A stretch of 64,000 nt of DNA from Bdellovibrionales bacterium (GTDB taxonomy: Bacteria; Bdellovibrionota; Bdellovibrionia; Bdellovibrionales; UBA1609). Below are positions 38,317-49,775 of this stretch, piece by piece. The DNA is taken from positions 512,001 to 576,000 of the forward strand of contig OZ241329.1 of assembly GCA_965199825.1 (NCBI GenBank), in the 5' to 3' direction. The position numbers and the translations under genes were made by a program. The number at the start of each line of letters is the position of its first letter. The stretch's first letter is position 1. The notes beneath the pieces were generated by a model. It saw only the letters and a program-made list of their open reading frames with translations. It made no database searches and had not been told where the DNA came from.

Positions 38317-39020
38317 TAGCGCCTTTTGTATCCAGCAAATTTTTCGGAAATCACTTGGGCTTTCGCCGAGGTCAAAAGATTCATGATGTCAGCAGCATTT
38401 TTTTTCTTCATGCGGCCCAAGATCTCAACAGCAAGGTCTTCATTCAGCGCGCTTAAGATTTCGGCGGCTTGTTTTGCTTTCATGTTGGAGTAAAATTCCA
38501 CCAGCTTATCTACCTTTGCTTGATCTGTTTCGATCTTCTCTTTGAGGACCACACCAATTTGTGCGCGAATCTCTTCTAACTTTTTAATTCGCGCTTCGAC
38601 TTCTCCTCTTTGTCTATGCAATTCATCTTCCATCTCGCCGAGCTCTTTTTCTCTCAAGTCGAGTTCTTTTTTTCGCTCGGTTAACTTACTTAAATAACTT
38701 AAGTCTTCGTCTTTTTTATTTTCACTGGTGGCAGTTTTTGATTTCTTTTCTTTTGCTTCACCGGCAGCAGAATCTGCCGGCAATTCAACCTTGGTCGCGG
38801 AAGATTTTGCCGGCGCATCGTCGGTTGCGGAGGCTGCGCCCATGAATTGAATTTCTACAGATTGAAATAAATGATCAAATTCTTTTGGAAATAAAAAGCA
38901 CCAGCTCACCGCTGCACACACCACAAGCGAAATCAAAAAAGGACCTAGCGGAAATACAGGCTTTTTTTTCTTTTTTGCTTTGGCTGCTTCTTTAAAAAAC
39001 TTGTCATAACCTGATTTCAT
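38316..39020 (-). CDS. MotE/MgtE_N-like flagellar protein
   Basis: TM, coiled coil, Y..MK.K.AA.IL repeats, between fliJ and fliK. Confidence 0.7.
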   Translation of the reverse strand: MKSGYDKFFKEAAKAKKKKKPVFPLGPFLISLVVCAAVSWCFLFPKEFDHLFQSVEIQFMGAASATDDAPAKSSATKVELPADSAAGEAKEKKSKTATSENKKDEDLSYLSKLTERKKELDLREKELGEMEDELHRQRGEVEARIKKLEEIRAQIGVVLKEKIETDQAKVDKLVEFYSNMKAKQAAEILSALNEDLAVEILGRMKKKNAADIMNLLTSAKAQVISEKFAGYKRR

Positions 39021-39475
39021 TTATTGCCTCCAATGCGGCTGCCGACTTCATCCATGATCTTCATGTCGAGTTTCTTTTGGGTGATCTTAAAGTCAGCATG
39101 TTTACGATCTTTTAATAACTCTAATACTTTACGCTCACGTTGGGCTTGCGTCAGTTCTTCTTGCTTTTCGTCTGCGGTGGAAAGAAGTTCCCGGGCTTTC
39201 ATCCGGGCCGCATCGATCCTAATTTTTTGACCTTGGATAAAATCCTCTTGTAGCCCAAGATGATTGGCGCTCGATCCCTGAAGAGCTGCGTTTTTGATTG
39301 AGAGTCTGGCGTCATCAATCGCTTGATACATCTGCTCGATTTCTAATAGGGCTTGATCGGCCTTGGCCCGGGCCTGAAGATAATTGGCCCGCGCTTGCTC
39401 TTCGAGAGTGCGGCGATAACGCAAAATACTCTCGAGTTTAAAACGAAACTTCAAAAAGTCCCCAAGAGACCACAC
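39017..39475 (-). CDS. fliJ: Flagellar export protein FliJ
   Basis: F.F.LE..L.YR, ERK.LE.LK, after fliI. Confidence 0.85.
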   Translation of the reverse strand: MWSLGDFLKFRFKLESILRYRRTLEEQARANYLQARAKADQALLEIEQMYQAIDDARLSIKNAALQGSSANHLGLQEDFIQGQKIRIDAARMKARELLSTADEKQEELTQAQRERKVLELLKDRKHADFKITQKKLDMKIMDEVGSRIGGNK

Positions 39476-40782
39476 AATTGATTTTCGGCATCGTCAAAAT
39501 TAGAAATGTCTGTGACATCTTGGCGCAAATAAATTTCCATCGGCTCATAAAGATGGATCGCTCGATCGATCTGCGAGTTTGCACCTTGTTTGTAAGCTCC
39601 GATGTTGATCAAATCTTCGGCCTGAGAATAAGTCGCCATCAATTCGCGAAATGATCTGGCGGCTTGCTTATGTCTTTGATCGACCACCTGATTCATCACC
39701 CGACTTGTGCTGCGCAAAACATCAATCGCCGGAAAATGCCCTTTTTGAGCAAGTCTGCGATCGAGCACAACGTGACCATCGGTGATGGATCTTACCGCAT
39801 CGGCAATGGGATCATCGAAATCATCGCCCTCAACAAGCACAGTATAAAGTCCAGTGATCGTGCCGCTGTTTTCAAAAGTTCCGGCACGCTCTAACAATTT
39901 TGGTAACAGTGCAAAAACACTTGGGGTGTAGCCCTTAGTCGTTGGTGGCTCACCAGAATTCAATCCAATTTCACGTTGAGCCATTGCAAATCGAGTGACT
40001 GAATCCATCATCAACAAAACATGTTTTGTTTGAGCACAAAAATAAGATGCGATGGTTGATGCCACAAATGCTGCGCGCATTCTTAACAGTGCACTCTGAT
40101 CGGAAGTTGCAACCACAACAACCGAGCGCTTGAGTCCCTCTTCGCCCAAAATATTTTCGATAAATTCTCGAACCTCACGACCCCGCTCGCCGACTAAGGC
40201 AATCACGTTGACATCGGCATTCGAATTTTTGGCCATCATACCCAGCAAAACCGATTTGCCCACGCCCGAGCCCGCCATAAAGGCAACCCGTTGGCCGCGA
40301 CCAAGAGTCAACAAACCATCAAGAGCTCGCACTCCCAAACTGATCGGCTCATGAATCGGTGGCCGCGAAAGCGGATTGACGTTTGAGCTATAGATATTGC
40401 TCTCTTCACTCACATGGATTGGGCCCTTGCCGTCGATCGGATTACCTAGAGCATCGATCACTCGGCCTAACAGACCAGGCCCTAAGCCAATGCTTGAGCC
40501 TGTGCCAACCAACACGATGCGCGAGCCAAGACCAATCCCCCGCAGTTCGCCAAGAGGCATAAACAAAACTTGATTATCTTGAAATCCAATCACTTCGCTT
40601 AAAAAAAATTCTTTTGTGGTGAGCGAGTGAATTTCGCACACTGCTCCGAGCGAGGCTTGCGGCAAAAATCCTTTGATTAAAAATCCGGTAACTTGGGTGA
40701 CTTTGCCAAGCTCTTTTGAGAGATCGCAGGAACTGACAACTTTTTGATACTTATTGAAATCAACATTTAAGTTGAAACTCAC
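39451..40782 (-). CDS. fliI: Flagellar export ATPase
   Basis: AGSGVGKS, GERGREV, DSVTRFA, GEPP.TKGY. Confidence 0.95.
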   Translation of the reverse strand: MSFNLNVDFNKYQKVVSSCDLSKELGKVTQVTGFLIKGFLPQASLGAVCEIHSLTTKEFFLSEVIGFQDNQVLFMPLGELRGIGLGSRIVLVGTGSSIGLGPGLLGRVIDALGNPIDGKGPIHVSEESNIYSSNVNPLSRPPIHEPISLGVRALDGLLTLGRGQRVAFMAGSGVGKSVLLGMMAKNSNADVNVIALVGERGREVREFIENILGEEGLKRSVVVVATSDQSALLRMRAAFVASTIASYFCAQTKHVLLMMDSVTRFAMAQREIGLNSGEPPTTKGYTPSVFALLPKLLERAGTFENSGTITGLYTVLVEGDDFDDPIADAVRSITDGHVVLDRRLAQKGHFPAIDVLRSTSRVMNQVVDQRHKQAARSFRELMATYSQAEDLINIGAYKQGANSQIDRAIHLYEPMEIYLRQDVTDISNFDDAENQLCGLLGTF

Positions 40783-41567
40783 AGAGGTTGACCCTCAGGT
40801 GGTGGAAGTTTGGCTAAAGTGGATTGCCATAATTTGGCCACACGCTCTTCTACCGTGGCATCGGTCATGCCGTGAAAGGTTTCAATGGTGCAACCACCCA
40901 CGTGGATGCGCTCGTCTGCCTCAAACTTGGCTTTTTTAAAAAACTCTTTGGCGAAAGTTTCGCGAACCGAAATTAAAAATTCGCAGTCTTTGGGATTTAC
41001 ACGCACCGTGATCTGCTCTTCGTTTTCGATTTGACCCAGAGTCTCTTTTAAAACACCCAAGATCATGTCAGGGCTTTGCGAAATTTCACGGTAAGCAATG
41101 CGCGAGGCCATTGTGAGCATCAACTTTAAAATCGTCTCTTCGTTTTGGCGCAAAATCTCTGAACTTAAATTTTCGATTGATCCTAAGAATTCATCAAGGT
41201 GATCAATTTTTTGTTTAAAATTAATTTCGGCTTCGTTAAATGCTTTTGTTTGACCTTGTTCGAGTCCGAGTTGGTAAGCCTCATGATAAGCTTTTTCTTG
41301 AACCTCTTTCAGACGTTCCAAAACCAGCACATCCACTTTTTGATCAAGGCTCTGGCGCTCGATGGTATCAAGCCCCGCCTTTAACGATGTCGCATCGCTC
41401 ACCTGAAAGTCTGAGCCGCGCACCTGAATATCAAACATCTGTTGAGCAACAGGACTTGTCACACGCGCAAACTCTTGGGGTTGAAAACCCATAACCACTT
41501 GGCTCACATCGCCGCGGCTTAAAACCGCTTTTTTAAACGAGGGCATCTTCAGATCCTCCGCGGGCAA
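40779..41567 (-). CDS. fliH: Flagellar assembly protein FliH
   Basis: AxxxG repeats, VNP.D, GGC.IET. Confidence 0.85.
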   Translation of the reverse strand: MPAEDLKMPSFKKAVLSRGDVSQVVMGFQPQEFARVTSPVAQQMFDIQVRGSDFQVSDATSLKAGLDTIERQSLDQKVDVLVLERLKEVQEKAYHEAYQLGLEQGQTKAFNEAEINFKQKIDHLDEFLGSIENLSSEILRQNEETILKLMLTMASRIAYREISQSPDMILGVLKETLGQIENEEQITVRVNPKDCEFLISVRETFAKEFFKKAKFEADERIHVGGCTIETFHGMTDATVEERVAKLWQSTLAKLPPPEGQPL

Positions 41568-42570
41568 TCAAGATTTTACCTTCGGCTTCGAGGCGTCGTG
41601 CGACGTTTACGATTTCCACCTGAGCCGATTCAACATCAGACAATCGTGATGGGCCCATGTTGGCCAAATCATCTTGAAGTAATTTTGCCGCCCGCTGAGA
41701 AATATTGCGGAATATTTTTGAGCGGATCTCTTCGCTTGAAGTTTTAAGAGCCAAAAGCAATTTATCGTTGGGCACTTCTTTAAGAAGAGTTTGAATTCCT
41801 TTGTCATCAATTTTGATGATGTCATCAAACACGAACATCAGTTTTCTGATCTCTTCGGCAAGCAATGGATCTTTTTCTTCGATGCGCGACATGATCGAGC
41901 CTTCGGTATTTTTATCCATCACGTTGAGCATCTCGGCCACTGGCTGCACTCCACCAAGAGAGGACTGCTCGACGGTTCCGATAGTTGAAAGCTCGGCCTT
42001 TAAAACCCGGTCGACTTCGGCAATGAGTTCTGGTGCGACGTGATCGAGATTTGCCAAACGCAATACCACTTCGGCTTGCAAGCTTTCGGGCAAACGTTTT
42101 AAAACTTCGCCCTTTTTTTCGGGCTCAAGATGCGCCAAGATCACCGCGATTGTTTGAGGATGTTCATTGATCAAAAAGTTTGAAAGAGATTTGGCATCTA
42201 CCAATTCTAAACTCTCAAGAGTTCGCTGCGAGGGTCCGGCGGCATTATTTAAATGGCCAAGAATTCCGCGGGCGCGCTCTTCGCCCACCGCTTCGATCAC
42301 GTTTTCTTTATTGGCACTTTCAGAAAAGATGTACTCTTGCGATTCGGAAAGCATTTCGTAGTATTCTTCTAAAACTTTTTTTGTCACATGGACCGGTACG
42401 ATTCTAAATTTTTGCATCATGCCGATCAATTTTCGAATATCGGCGTCCTCGACTTTTGCGAATAAATTTTTGAGGGCGGTTGGTCCTAAATAATTAATCA
42501 AGATCGCAGCTTTTTCAAAACCGCGAAGATCTTCAAACCGAATATTTTCTATCTTGATGAGCTTCGTCAC
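41533..42570 (-). CDS. fliG: Flagellar motor switch protein FliG
   Basis: KAAIL, EHPQTIA, GG, MFVF.D. Confidence 0.96.
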   Translation of the reverse strand: MTKLIKIENIRFEDLRGFEKAAILINYLGPTALKNLFAKVEDADIRKLIGMMQKFRIVPVHVTKKVLEEYYEMLSESQEYIFSESANKENVIEAVGEERARGILGHLNNAAGPSQRTLESLELVDAKSLSNFLINEHPQTIAVILAHLEPEKKGEVLKRLPESLQAEVVLRLANLDHVAPELIAEVDRVLKAELSTIGTVEQSSLGGVQPVAEMLNVMDKNTEGSIMSRIEEKDPLLAEEIRKLMFVFDDIIKIDDKGIQTLLKEVPNDKLLLALKTSSEEIRSKIFRNISQRAAKLLQDDLANMGPSRLSDVESAQVEIVNVARRLEAEGKILIARGGSEDALV

Positions 42571-42574
42571 TAAA

Positions 42575-44224
42575 CTATTCCTTTTTCACGAGCCACAAGT
42601 TAAACGCACCAGCCGCCTTGTCATTATCGCGCTCTAGCAGCGCCATAATTCTTTCTTTGAGCAACTCACTTTCGGCTTTGTCGGGATCAAGAGTTTCATG
42701 AAAAGCCGGGAGCGCGCCGTTCATCCCAGGAAGAGTGTTGTCGGAAGCCTGCAGTTGCTCAAGCTCCTCGATCGTTCGTGGCAACATCTCTTCAACAGAA
42801 TCTTGAAACGATTCGGTAATCCATCGCATAAATGGTCTGATCACCGTAAAAAAGAAAAAGGTCAGTGCAAGCCCAAGAAGTGACCATTTGAAAAGAGAAT
42901 GAAGAAGTTTTTTTCGCTCAAAACTTGTCAGGATTTTTTCGGACTCACTAAAATCTTCTTTTTGAAAAGCCATGCTCTCGATTTTGACCGAGTCGCCGCG
43001 AGCAGTACTAAAACCAATGGCACTCTTCACCAAATTTTCGTACTTCGCTAAATCCTCAACCGTGTGTGGCTTCCATGTCTCGGTCATTTTGCCATCGGCA
43101 CCCTTTTCCATTGTGGTGACGCCGTCGACCAATACCGCAACCGAAATTCTTTCGATCCCGCCCGCAGATTCTCTAATATTTCTTACCGTTTTTGGAACTG
43201 CATAATTTGTGGTGGTCAGTTCTTTACGTACATTTTGTTTAAAGCCCACTTCGGATTTTTCATCGGCACTGCCCGGAAGATTCGCTCGTGCACCGGGAAC
43301 TCCCGCAGGATTTGTGCGTGCGCCGTCGAGCATCTCTTCTTCTTTTTGATTGCTTCGAATGGCTGTGGCATCGGGATCGACTTTTTCTTCCACTGTGGTG
43401 GTGTGTCGAGGATTAAGTGCCACACTCACGCGCGCAATCACCTTTCCGGTTCCGGCAACGCGAGCAAGAATCGATTCGATGCGCTCTTCGAATCCTTCTT
43501 CCATTTGTGTTTTCATGCCTGCAAGTTCTGAAGAGCCTGCCGATTCTGCCGAAGAATTTCGCGATAAAGTTTTTCCGCGTGAATCAACAACCGTTACTTT
43601 TGAGGGATCAAGACCTTCGACCGCACTGGCCACAAGGTTTATAATTCCTCTCACCTGATCATTTGATAAATTTTTGCCATCATGAAATTCAAGAATCACA
43701 CTGGCCGAAGGAGATCCACCCTCTTCGAGAAAGGTTTTTTTAGGCGGCAATGCCAAAATCACTTTAGATTGTTTTACCGCATCGAGAGTGTTGATTGCGC
43801 GCATCAACTCACCCTGGAGGGCGCGCTGATAATTAATTTTTTGGGCGTAGCTTGTGACACCAAAGTCTTGTTTATCAAACAACTCAAGGCCCACTTGGCC
43901 CACTTTGTTTGAACCAATCTCAGTCATCACGGCCATTTGTGTGGAGTGCAAAAGATCTTTTGGTACTAAAACCGTTGTGCCGTTATCCGCGAGTTGAAAT
44001 GGAATATTCTTTTTTTGTAAATTGTCGATCACTGTGGCCACTTGATCGGTGGGCACATTAGTAAATAAGGGCGCATAGTTTGAGCCCGAAACCATAAAGA
44101 TCACCGCACCCACAGCTAGCACAACAATAAGGGCTGCACCAATCATCGATAAGCGCTTGATTGGGGTCAGACCTTTTTGAAATTCGCTAAACTGCTGGAC
44201 GAGCTTTTCTAAAAGCTTATTCAC
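42575..44224 (-). CDS. fliF: MS-ring protein
   Basis: G.ELFD, YQRALQGEL.R.I, ASAVEGL, GVPG. Confidence 0.95.
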   Translation of the reverse strand: MNKLLEKLVQQFSEFQKGLTPIKRLSMIGAALIVVLAVGAVIFMVSGSNYAPLFTNVPTDQVATVIDNLQKKNIPFQLADNGTTVLVPKDLLHSTQMAVMTEIGSNKVGQVGLELFDKQDFGVTSYAQKINYQRALQGELMRAINTLDAVKQSKVILALPPKKTFLEEGGSPSASVILEFHDGKNLSNDQVRGIINLVASAVEGLDPSKVTVVDSRGKTLSRNSSAESAGSSELAGMKTQMEEGFEERIESILARVAGTGKVIARVSVALNPRHTTTVEEKVDPDATAIRSNQKEEEMLDGARTNPAGVPGARANLPGSADEKSEVGFKQNVRKELTTTNYAVPKTVRNIRESAGGIERISVAVLVDGVTTMEKGADGKMTETWKPHTVEDLAKYENLVKSAIGFSTARGDSVKIESMAFQKEDFSESEKILTSFERKKLLHSLFKWSLLGLALTFFFFTVIRPFMRWITESFQDSVEEMLPRTIEELEQLQASDNTLPGMNGALPAFHETLDPDKAESELLKERIMALLERDNDKAAGAFNLWLVKKE

Positions 44225-44225
44225 A

Positions 44226-44552
44226 TCACACCTGCATTTTCATAATTTCTTGATACGCATCGATAATTTTATTGCGAACTTGCAACATTAATTTAAGTGA
44301 GATGTCGGCTTTTTCTGCTGCGATCATCACATCAGGAATACTCTGAGCCTTGCCCGTAGCGAGTTTTTCCATCTGCACGTCGGAATCTTTTTGAAGTGTG
44401 TTTACACTTTCAACAGCGTCTTTCAGTGTATCCGCAAATGATTTACCTTCGCTCGCACCGTCGATGGATTGAGCTTTTTCATTGCGTGACTGACCGAGTT
44501 CCCGTGTAGAACCTATCAAATTTTCTGCGTTCGAAATTGTTAAACCGTCCAT
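44226..44552 (-). CDS. fliE: Hook-basal body protein FliE
   Basis: VMIA.EKA, QVRNK...AYQEIM.MQV. Confidence 0.95.
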   Translation of the reverse strand: MDGLTISNAENLIGSTRELGQSRNEKAQSIDGASEGKSFADTLKDAVESVNTLQKDSDVQMEKLATGKAQSIPDVMIAAEKADISLKLMLQVRNKIIDAYQEIMKMQV

Positions 44553-44591
44553 GGCTCAACCCCCAATAAATAAAGTTTAACAGCTTAAGTT

Positions 44592-45029
44592 CTATCGTCC
44601 AATCTCTAAGGCGCTCATGGCCATATCTTTTGTTGCCTGCATGGCCGAGACGTTAGCCTCGTAAGACCGAGTTGCAGATAACATATTGGCCATTTCTTCC
44701 ATCATGTTGATGTTGGGATAGGCCACATAGCCATCGGGATTGGCATCGGGATTGTCGGGTTCGTATTTCAGAAGAGGTGCTTTTTGATCTGAAATCACAT
44801 CAGTCACTTGAACGCGCTGAAGGGATTGCTCACCTTGATCGGTCATCACGTCACCAAAACTTTTTGAGTCGGGCATCGCTTCAAAGACAACGTCTTTGCG
44901 GCGATAAGGACCACCTTCATTGGTGCGAGTGGTATTGATGTTTGCGATGTTACTCGAAACAGTGTTCATGCGCTGACGTTGAGCCGCAAGTCCACTCGCC
45001 GAAATTCTCATCCCCGTAGAAAAATCCAT
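44592..45029 (-). CDS. flgC: Basal-body rod protein FlgC
   Basis: SASGL.AQR.R, GGPYRRK, GYV.YPN, RSYEAN. Confidence 0.96.
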   Translation of the reverse strand: MDFSTGMRISASGLAAQRQRMNTVSSNIANINTTRTNEGGPYRRKDVVFEAMPDSKSFGDVMTDQGEQSLQRVQVTDVISDQKAPLLKYEPDNPDANPDGYVAYPNINMMEEMANMLSATRSYEANVSAMQATKDMAMSALEIGR

Positions 45030-45442
45030 TATTTACCTCCCTCGGTCACAGCGTAACGAAGGCTTGCCAATTTTTTATTGATCAATTGGATAGCTGCTTT
45101 GTAGAGAATGGTATTCTCTGCAAGATTGGCCATTTCTTTTTCTAAATCCACCGTGTTTTTATCATTGGTGGTGTTGATATCAGGATTGTCATACACGTCG
45201 GCTTTAAGATGACCCACCGAACCTTGGCCCACAATAAAATGATCTTCGTGATCGGTGTTCATCGCGCCCACACCTTCGCGATCAATCGCAGCAGAGAGTG
45301 CACCTTCAAAATCTAATTTTTTTGCTTTGTATCCAGGTGTCTCGGCATTGGCGATATTTGCTGAAGTAACGCTATTGCGCATGAGCCGCATGTCGGCAGC
45401 GGTATTGAGGGCCGATGTTGTTTTGTCAAACAACCCACTCAT
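45029..45442 (-). CDS. flgB: Basal-body rod protein FlgB
   Basis: [20 protein letters not shown]. Confidence 0.95.
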   Translation of the reverse strand: MSGLFDKTTSALNTAADMRLMRNSVTSANIANAETPGYKAKKLDFEGALSAAIDREGVGAMNTDHEDHFIVGQGSVGHLKADVYDNPDINTTNDKNTVDLEKEMANLAENTILYKAAIQLINKKLASLRYAVTEGGK

Positions 45443-46377
45443 GCAGCAACCCCACTGTACTCATGAAGTTTGTTGCGAAGAGTGCGAACACTAATCCCTA
45501 AAAGTTTAGCCGCCTGAGTGCGATTTTGACCGGTGTGTTCAAGAGTTTTAAAAATAAGATGGCGCTCCACTTGGCTCACTGTCATTCCAACTGCTAAACC
45601 ACTCTCATTGTTTGAGGCCTGATAATTTTCGATCAATACTTCGTGCTCGCGCAATTCTTGCGAACCAGTGAGCAACACCGAACGCTCAATCACGTTTTTT
45701 AATTCGCGAACATTTCCTGGCCAATTCCAGCTCATCAATTTTTGTAAAGCTTGGGGATGTAAAACACGTTTTGCCAAACCATTTTCGTTACACGAAAGAT
45801 CCAAAAAATGGCGGGCTAAAAGTTCGATATCTTTTTTGCGCTCGCGCAGTGGCGGGATTCTTAATGGGATTACATTCAAACGATAGTAAAGATCTTCGCG
45901 AAAGCGGCCTTCTTTCACTTCTTTTTGCAGTTCGCGATTGCTCGTTGCAATCACTCGCACGTTGACCTTTGTGGAAGTGTTTGAGCCTAAGCGCTCCACT
46001 TCGCCTTCTTGCAATACGCGCAATAATTTAGCCTGCAGGTTCAAAGGGATTTCGGTAATTTCATCCAGCAAAAATGAGCTGTTGTGAGCCATCTCAAATT
46101 TGCCGATTTTTCTTTGATCGGCACCGGTAAAAGCACCGCGCTCGTAACCAAACAGTTCACTTTCCAAAAGATTTTCGGGAACAGCTGCACAGTTGACCGC
46201 AGTAAAAGGTCGGCCTGAGCGATTGCTTTTGGCGTGAAGGTAGCGCGCGATCAATTCTTTCCCCGTTCCGCTTTCACCACAAATCAAAACGCTTGCACGA
46301 CTTTGCGCCACATTTTCGGCGATAGTTAAAACTCTGCGTAAATTTAGATCGGCTGTGTGGATCTCATGAGTGGACAT
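45439..46377 (-). CDS. Sigma54 enhancer-binding protein with no N-terminal regulatory domain
   Basis: [31 protein letters not shown], Fis-type HTH, only about 25 aa before the AAA+ domain. Confidence 0.92.
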   Translation of the reverse strand: MSTHEIHTADLNLRRVLTIAENVAQSRASVLICGESGTGKELIARYLHAKSNRSGRPFTAVNCAAVPENLLESELFGYERGAFTGADQRKIGKFEMAHNSSFLLDEITEIPLNLQAKLLRVLQEGEVERLGSNTSTKVNVRVIATSNRELQKEVKEGRFREDLYYRLNVIPLRIPPLRERKKDIELLARHFLDLSCNENGLAKRVLHPQALQKLMSWNWPGNVRELKNVIERSVLLTGSQELREHEVLIENYQASNNESGLAVGMTVSQVERHLIFKTLEHTGQNRTQAAKLLGISVRTLRNKLHEYSGVAA

Positions 46378-49202
46378 TATTCGACCTCCGTCATTGCAGG
46401 AATGCGTTTGATGTAGTGTTTGTATTCATCCTGCCATTCAGCGTTCTTTAATTTTTCTTGGGCCAGCTTTTGATACATTTGGTTTTTATCACCTTCTAAT
46501 CGACTCCAAATTTGAGCCGCATTTTTGATGTCGCCTTTTTTAAAATAAATCTGTCCCATTTGATATCTTACCGAGCCCAAAGGCTTAGTGACTTCAAATT
46601 CATCCAGCAATTGCTGATATGTCTCTGCTGCTGCAAGTTGCTCGCCTTTCTCCATTAGCGCATCACCGCGAGCTCGCAGAGTTTTGGCCCAAACATCTGG
46701 CGAGATTTTGACGCTTTTCTTTTTTTGTTCGGCAATTTGATCGAAAGCTTTCAATGCGCCTTCAGGATTTTTTTGGGCTAAACGAATTTCGCCTAATTTT
46801 AAAATTGCGGGAAGCAGAAATTGGGTTTGTCCCTTGTAAGTCTCAGTCAAAGCTTTCAAAGCTTGCTCGGCTCGACCTAAATCCCCACGAGCCTCGGCCA
46901 CTTCGGCATTGAGTTCAACACGCTCCACTTTTTCTGCGTCGCTCAAAACTTTTTCGTCTTTGATCTGATTTAAATAAGTTTGCGATTCGCTGTACTCACG
47001 CCCTTCGGCCTTTACCGCAGCTAGACGAAGAGCCACACTTTCACGGTGCGGAAGATTCTCTAAAACTTTGCGCTCTTTTTCTTCGGTGGTGTTGTGAATG
47101 CGATCGAGAGTTTTTAAGATATCGCTATAATTTTTTTCTGACTCTTTAAGAACTCCCGCTTTTTCATAGGCACGAGCCAATGAAAATGGAATGTCCAAAC
47201 GATTGTGATTTTTGAGCCACGTGTTGCTGTAATGACTTGCGGTTTGGAGTGGCTTTAAAAATTGCTCAGACTCCACATCATTCGAAATCACTTGAGCAAG
47301 GTTCGACACAATCCGGCCCTTAAAAACTTCGAGGTTCGAAGTGATGGGGTTAGCTTGATAATAATGGATTAAGTCTTCAGCCGCCTGAGTGTATTCCCCG
47401 CGCCGCTTGTATCCGTCGGCTTTGATCAAAGTCACAAATTGCGACATATCTGGAAGTGCCGCATTTTTTGCGATGTGATCCATCTCTTCAATCGAACGGT
47501 TAAGTTCTTTGGGCTTCATCCCCTTCATTCTTTGGGCAAGCATTCGGATCAAAGCGACATCTGCACCGGGATTGCCGTGATAGCGAAAATTACTTTCTAA
47601 AAATGCGCCCATCACTTGTTTTTGATCTGCACCCAAAATTTCTAAAACCTCGCCCACACGAGTCATCGCATATCCGCCGTGGGCTCCGGTTGGAAAATTT
47701 TTGAGATACTGCACATAGTTGGTGAGCGAAGGTTGATATTTACCAAGCCAAAATTGAGCTTCGGCCATATTAAAAAAAGCATTTGGAAATTTACTTTGAT
47801 ACGCAGGGTAACGCTTTAAAACATCGGCATACAGCTCTGCGGCTTTGGCGTAATTTTTTTGGCTAAAATAAACATCACCCATGCGGTACTGAGCCTCAAC
47901 CGATTCTGCAGGGGTCTTGCTGTGGTCACGAATATCACTATAAACGTTGAGAGCATCGTCAAATTTATTTAAGATCAAATACGCATCGGCTAACGCTTTT
48001 TTGGCGCCGTCAATTGCGGTTGACTGAGGATATTTTTGGATAAAATTTGAAAAAGACTGAATGGTATCAAGACCGCTTTTTTGATCAAGATCCATATAAG
48101 CAAGCATCAGATCTGTTCGCTCGGTCAAAACCGAATTGGGAAAATTCTTAACCAAATATTGATACTGCACTCTTACCGCTTCAAGCTCTTCTTTTTTGCC
48201 CGACTCTAAAAAGAAATTGTAATGAATCTCGGCAATCACATTGCGAACGATTTCTTCATAAGTTGATTTTGGATAATTTTTTAAAAAGTATCCCGCCGCT
48301 TTTAAACACAAAGCGGGACGATCATTTTTAAACAAAGTCAAAATCAGTTTGGCTTCTTTGCTCTCTTGAGTCTCTTTAACGTTGATTTCATATTCAGGAG
48401 GATTTGCGACCATCTCTGACAGACGGCTTGTCTCCATCTTGAGCATTGGAAAATGAACATAAATATTTTGGCGGCTCGCAATGAGCGACTCTTCTTTGAT
48501 TTGATAGTCTTTAATCAAAAATCTTTTAAAGTGAGGGTCTGATCCGTCATAAGCGCCACTTTGAAATGACGAATAGGTGTCTTGATCATTGTTTTCGACC
48601 TTTGAAACCTCGATAAATTCGGTTCCAGCTGGAACGCGCGAAATCTTTTTGTAATCTCCCGACATCTCAACCTGAGGTTGAATCTTCTTTTTTAAAACTT
48701 TCGGAGCTTGAACTAAAACCGCAGCTGGTGATTTCTTTTGCTGATAAAAATCAATAATTAGGCGCGAGGGTTGATCGGTCAAATAATCAAAGCTTTCGAC
48801 ATCTGAGTTTTTTAATTTAAAAACAACTTCGGTCTTATTGTCTTTAGCCGAAGGATTGATCTCAACACTCTCAACAAGATCGTTCTTCAAACTCTTAAGC
48901 TGGACTTCTGTTGAGGGATCGATCATCGGTATAAACAAATGTAGTTTTTTATCAGCCGATCTTTTAACTTCGTAATCCCATTGATTGCGCCCTTGAAATT
49001 CAACATGAGTGGTATCTTGAGTTTTTTCGATCAGACCTTTAACAAAGACATTGGGATCTTGGGCAAAAGCATTTGTCACCATCACCAAAATAAAAAATGC
49101 AGCCTTTTGGCCGTATCGAGATTCCGACGTTTTATTTCCAACGCCGTCAATGTTCCGATGATTTTTAGCTTTTTTGTTCAATCGACTTCCCCCACTTAGC
49201 AT
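46377..49202 (-). CDS. Large exported TPR protein heading the flagellar operon
   Basis: Hydrophobic signal segment then many TPRs. True start is probably TTG 49181 or later. Confidence 0.8.
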   Translation of the reverse strand: MLSGGSRLNKKAKNHRNIDGVGNKTSESRYGQKAAFFILVMVTNAFAQDPNVFVKGLIEKTQDTTHVEFQGRNQWDYEVKRSADKKLHLFIPMIDPSTEVQLKSLKNDLVESVEINPSAKDNKTEVVFKLKNSDVESFDYLTDQPSRLIIDFYQQKKSPAAVLVQAPKVLKKKIQPQVEMSGDYKKISRVPAGTEFIEVSKVENNDQDTYSSFQSGAYDGSDPHFKRFLIKDYQIKEESLIASRQNIYVHFPMLKMETSRLSEMVANPPEYEINVKETQESKEAKLILTLFKNDRPALCLKAAGYFLKNYPKSTYEEIVRNVIAEIHYNFFLESGKKEELEAVRVQYQYLVKNFPNSVLTERTDLMLAYMDLDQKSGLDTIQSFSNFIQKYPQSTAIDGAKKALADAYLILNKFDDALNVYSDIRDHSKTPAESVEAQYRMGDVYFSQKNYAKAAELYADVLKRYPAYQSKFPNAFFNMAEAQFWLGKYQPSLTNYVQYLKNFPTGAHGGYAMTRVGEVLEILGADQKQVMGAFLESNFRYHGNPGADVALIRMLAQRMKGMKPKELNRSIEEMDHIAKNAALPDMSQFVTLIKADGYKRRGEYTQAAEDLIHYYQANPITSNLEVFKGRIVSNLAQVISNDVESEQFLKPLQTASHYSNTWLKNHNRLDIPFSLARAYEKAGVLKESEKNYSDILKTLDRIHNTTEEKERKVLENLPHRESVALRLAAVKAEGREYSESQTYLNQIKDEKVLSDAEKVERVELNAEVAEARGDLGRAEQALKALTETYKGQTQFLLPAILKLGEIRLAQKNPEGALKAFDQIAEQKKKSVKISPDVWAKTLRARGDALMEKGEQLAAAETYQQLLDEFEVTKPLGSVRYQMGQIYFKKGDIKNAAQIWSRLEGDKNQMYQKLAQEKLKNAEWQDEYKHYIKRIPAMTEVE

Positions 49203-49205
49203 CAG

Positions 49206-49222
49206 AGCAGAATCGATGCCAA
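49206..49222 (-). promoter_or_regulatory. Sigma54 promoter TTGGCATCGATTCTGCT
   Basis: GG-N10-GC at the head of the basal-body operon. Confidence 0.75.
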
Positions 49223-49277
49223 CTGGACGTTGACCTTTGACTTAGGCCTTTAGATGAGGCTTGATAATGGGTGAATT

Positions 49278-49775
49278 ATGAATACATCTTTGAGAATTCT
49301 TCTTCGTACTTTTTTATTTTTTTCGATGGTCGGTTGTGTCTCTGTAGGTATCAGCGACACAAAAATTGAGCGCGCGCGTGCGGTTCACTTTCGAGCACCG
49401 ACCTCCCCTTACGCTGAAGTTGCTCATGGCAACCTCGACCGACTTTGGAAAAATTCGAGCAACGGCAATACCATTTCTTATTTATCCGAGTGCTCCGAAA
49501 CCAATGATCCAGATTTAGTGGCGGTACAAACCGGAATTTTGCGTGGTGTGAGCCAGCTCAATATTTTAAAGAGCGACACTATTACATATAATGATCGCGA
49601 AGCTCTTCACACCGTCGCAACCGGAAAAGTCGATGGCGTTGCCACAACGATGGAACTTATGATTTTTAAAAAAAATGGCTGCCTCTACACTTTGAATTAT
49701 GTGGGTCTGGCGTCGCACTTTAATAAAGACCAAAAAATCTTTAATGACTTTATCGGTCAATATCGAGCTCCATGA
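49278..49775 (+). CDS. Hypothetical lipoprotein co-transcribed with the mla genes
   Basis: MVGC lipobox, stop overlaps the mlaE start. Confidence 0.65.
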   Translation: MNTSLRILLRTFLFFSMVGCVSVGISDTKIERARAVHFRAPTSPYAEVAHGNLDRLWKNSSNGNTISYLSECSETNDPDLVAVQTGILRGVSQLNILKSDTITYNDREALHTVATGKVDGVATTMELMIFKKNGCLYTLNYVGLASHFNKDQKIFNDFIGQYRAP

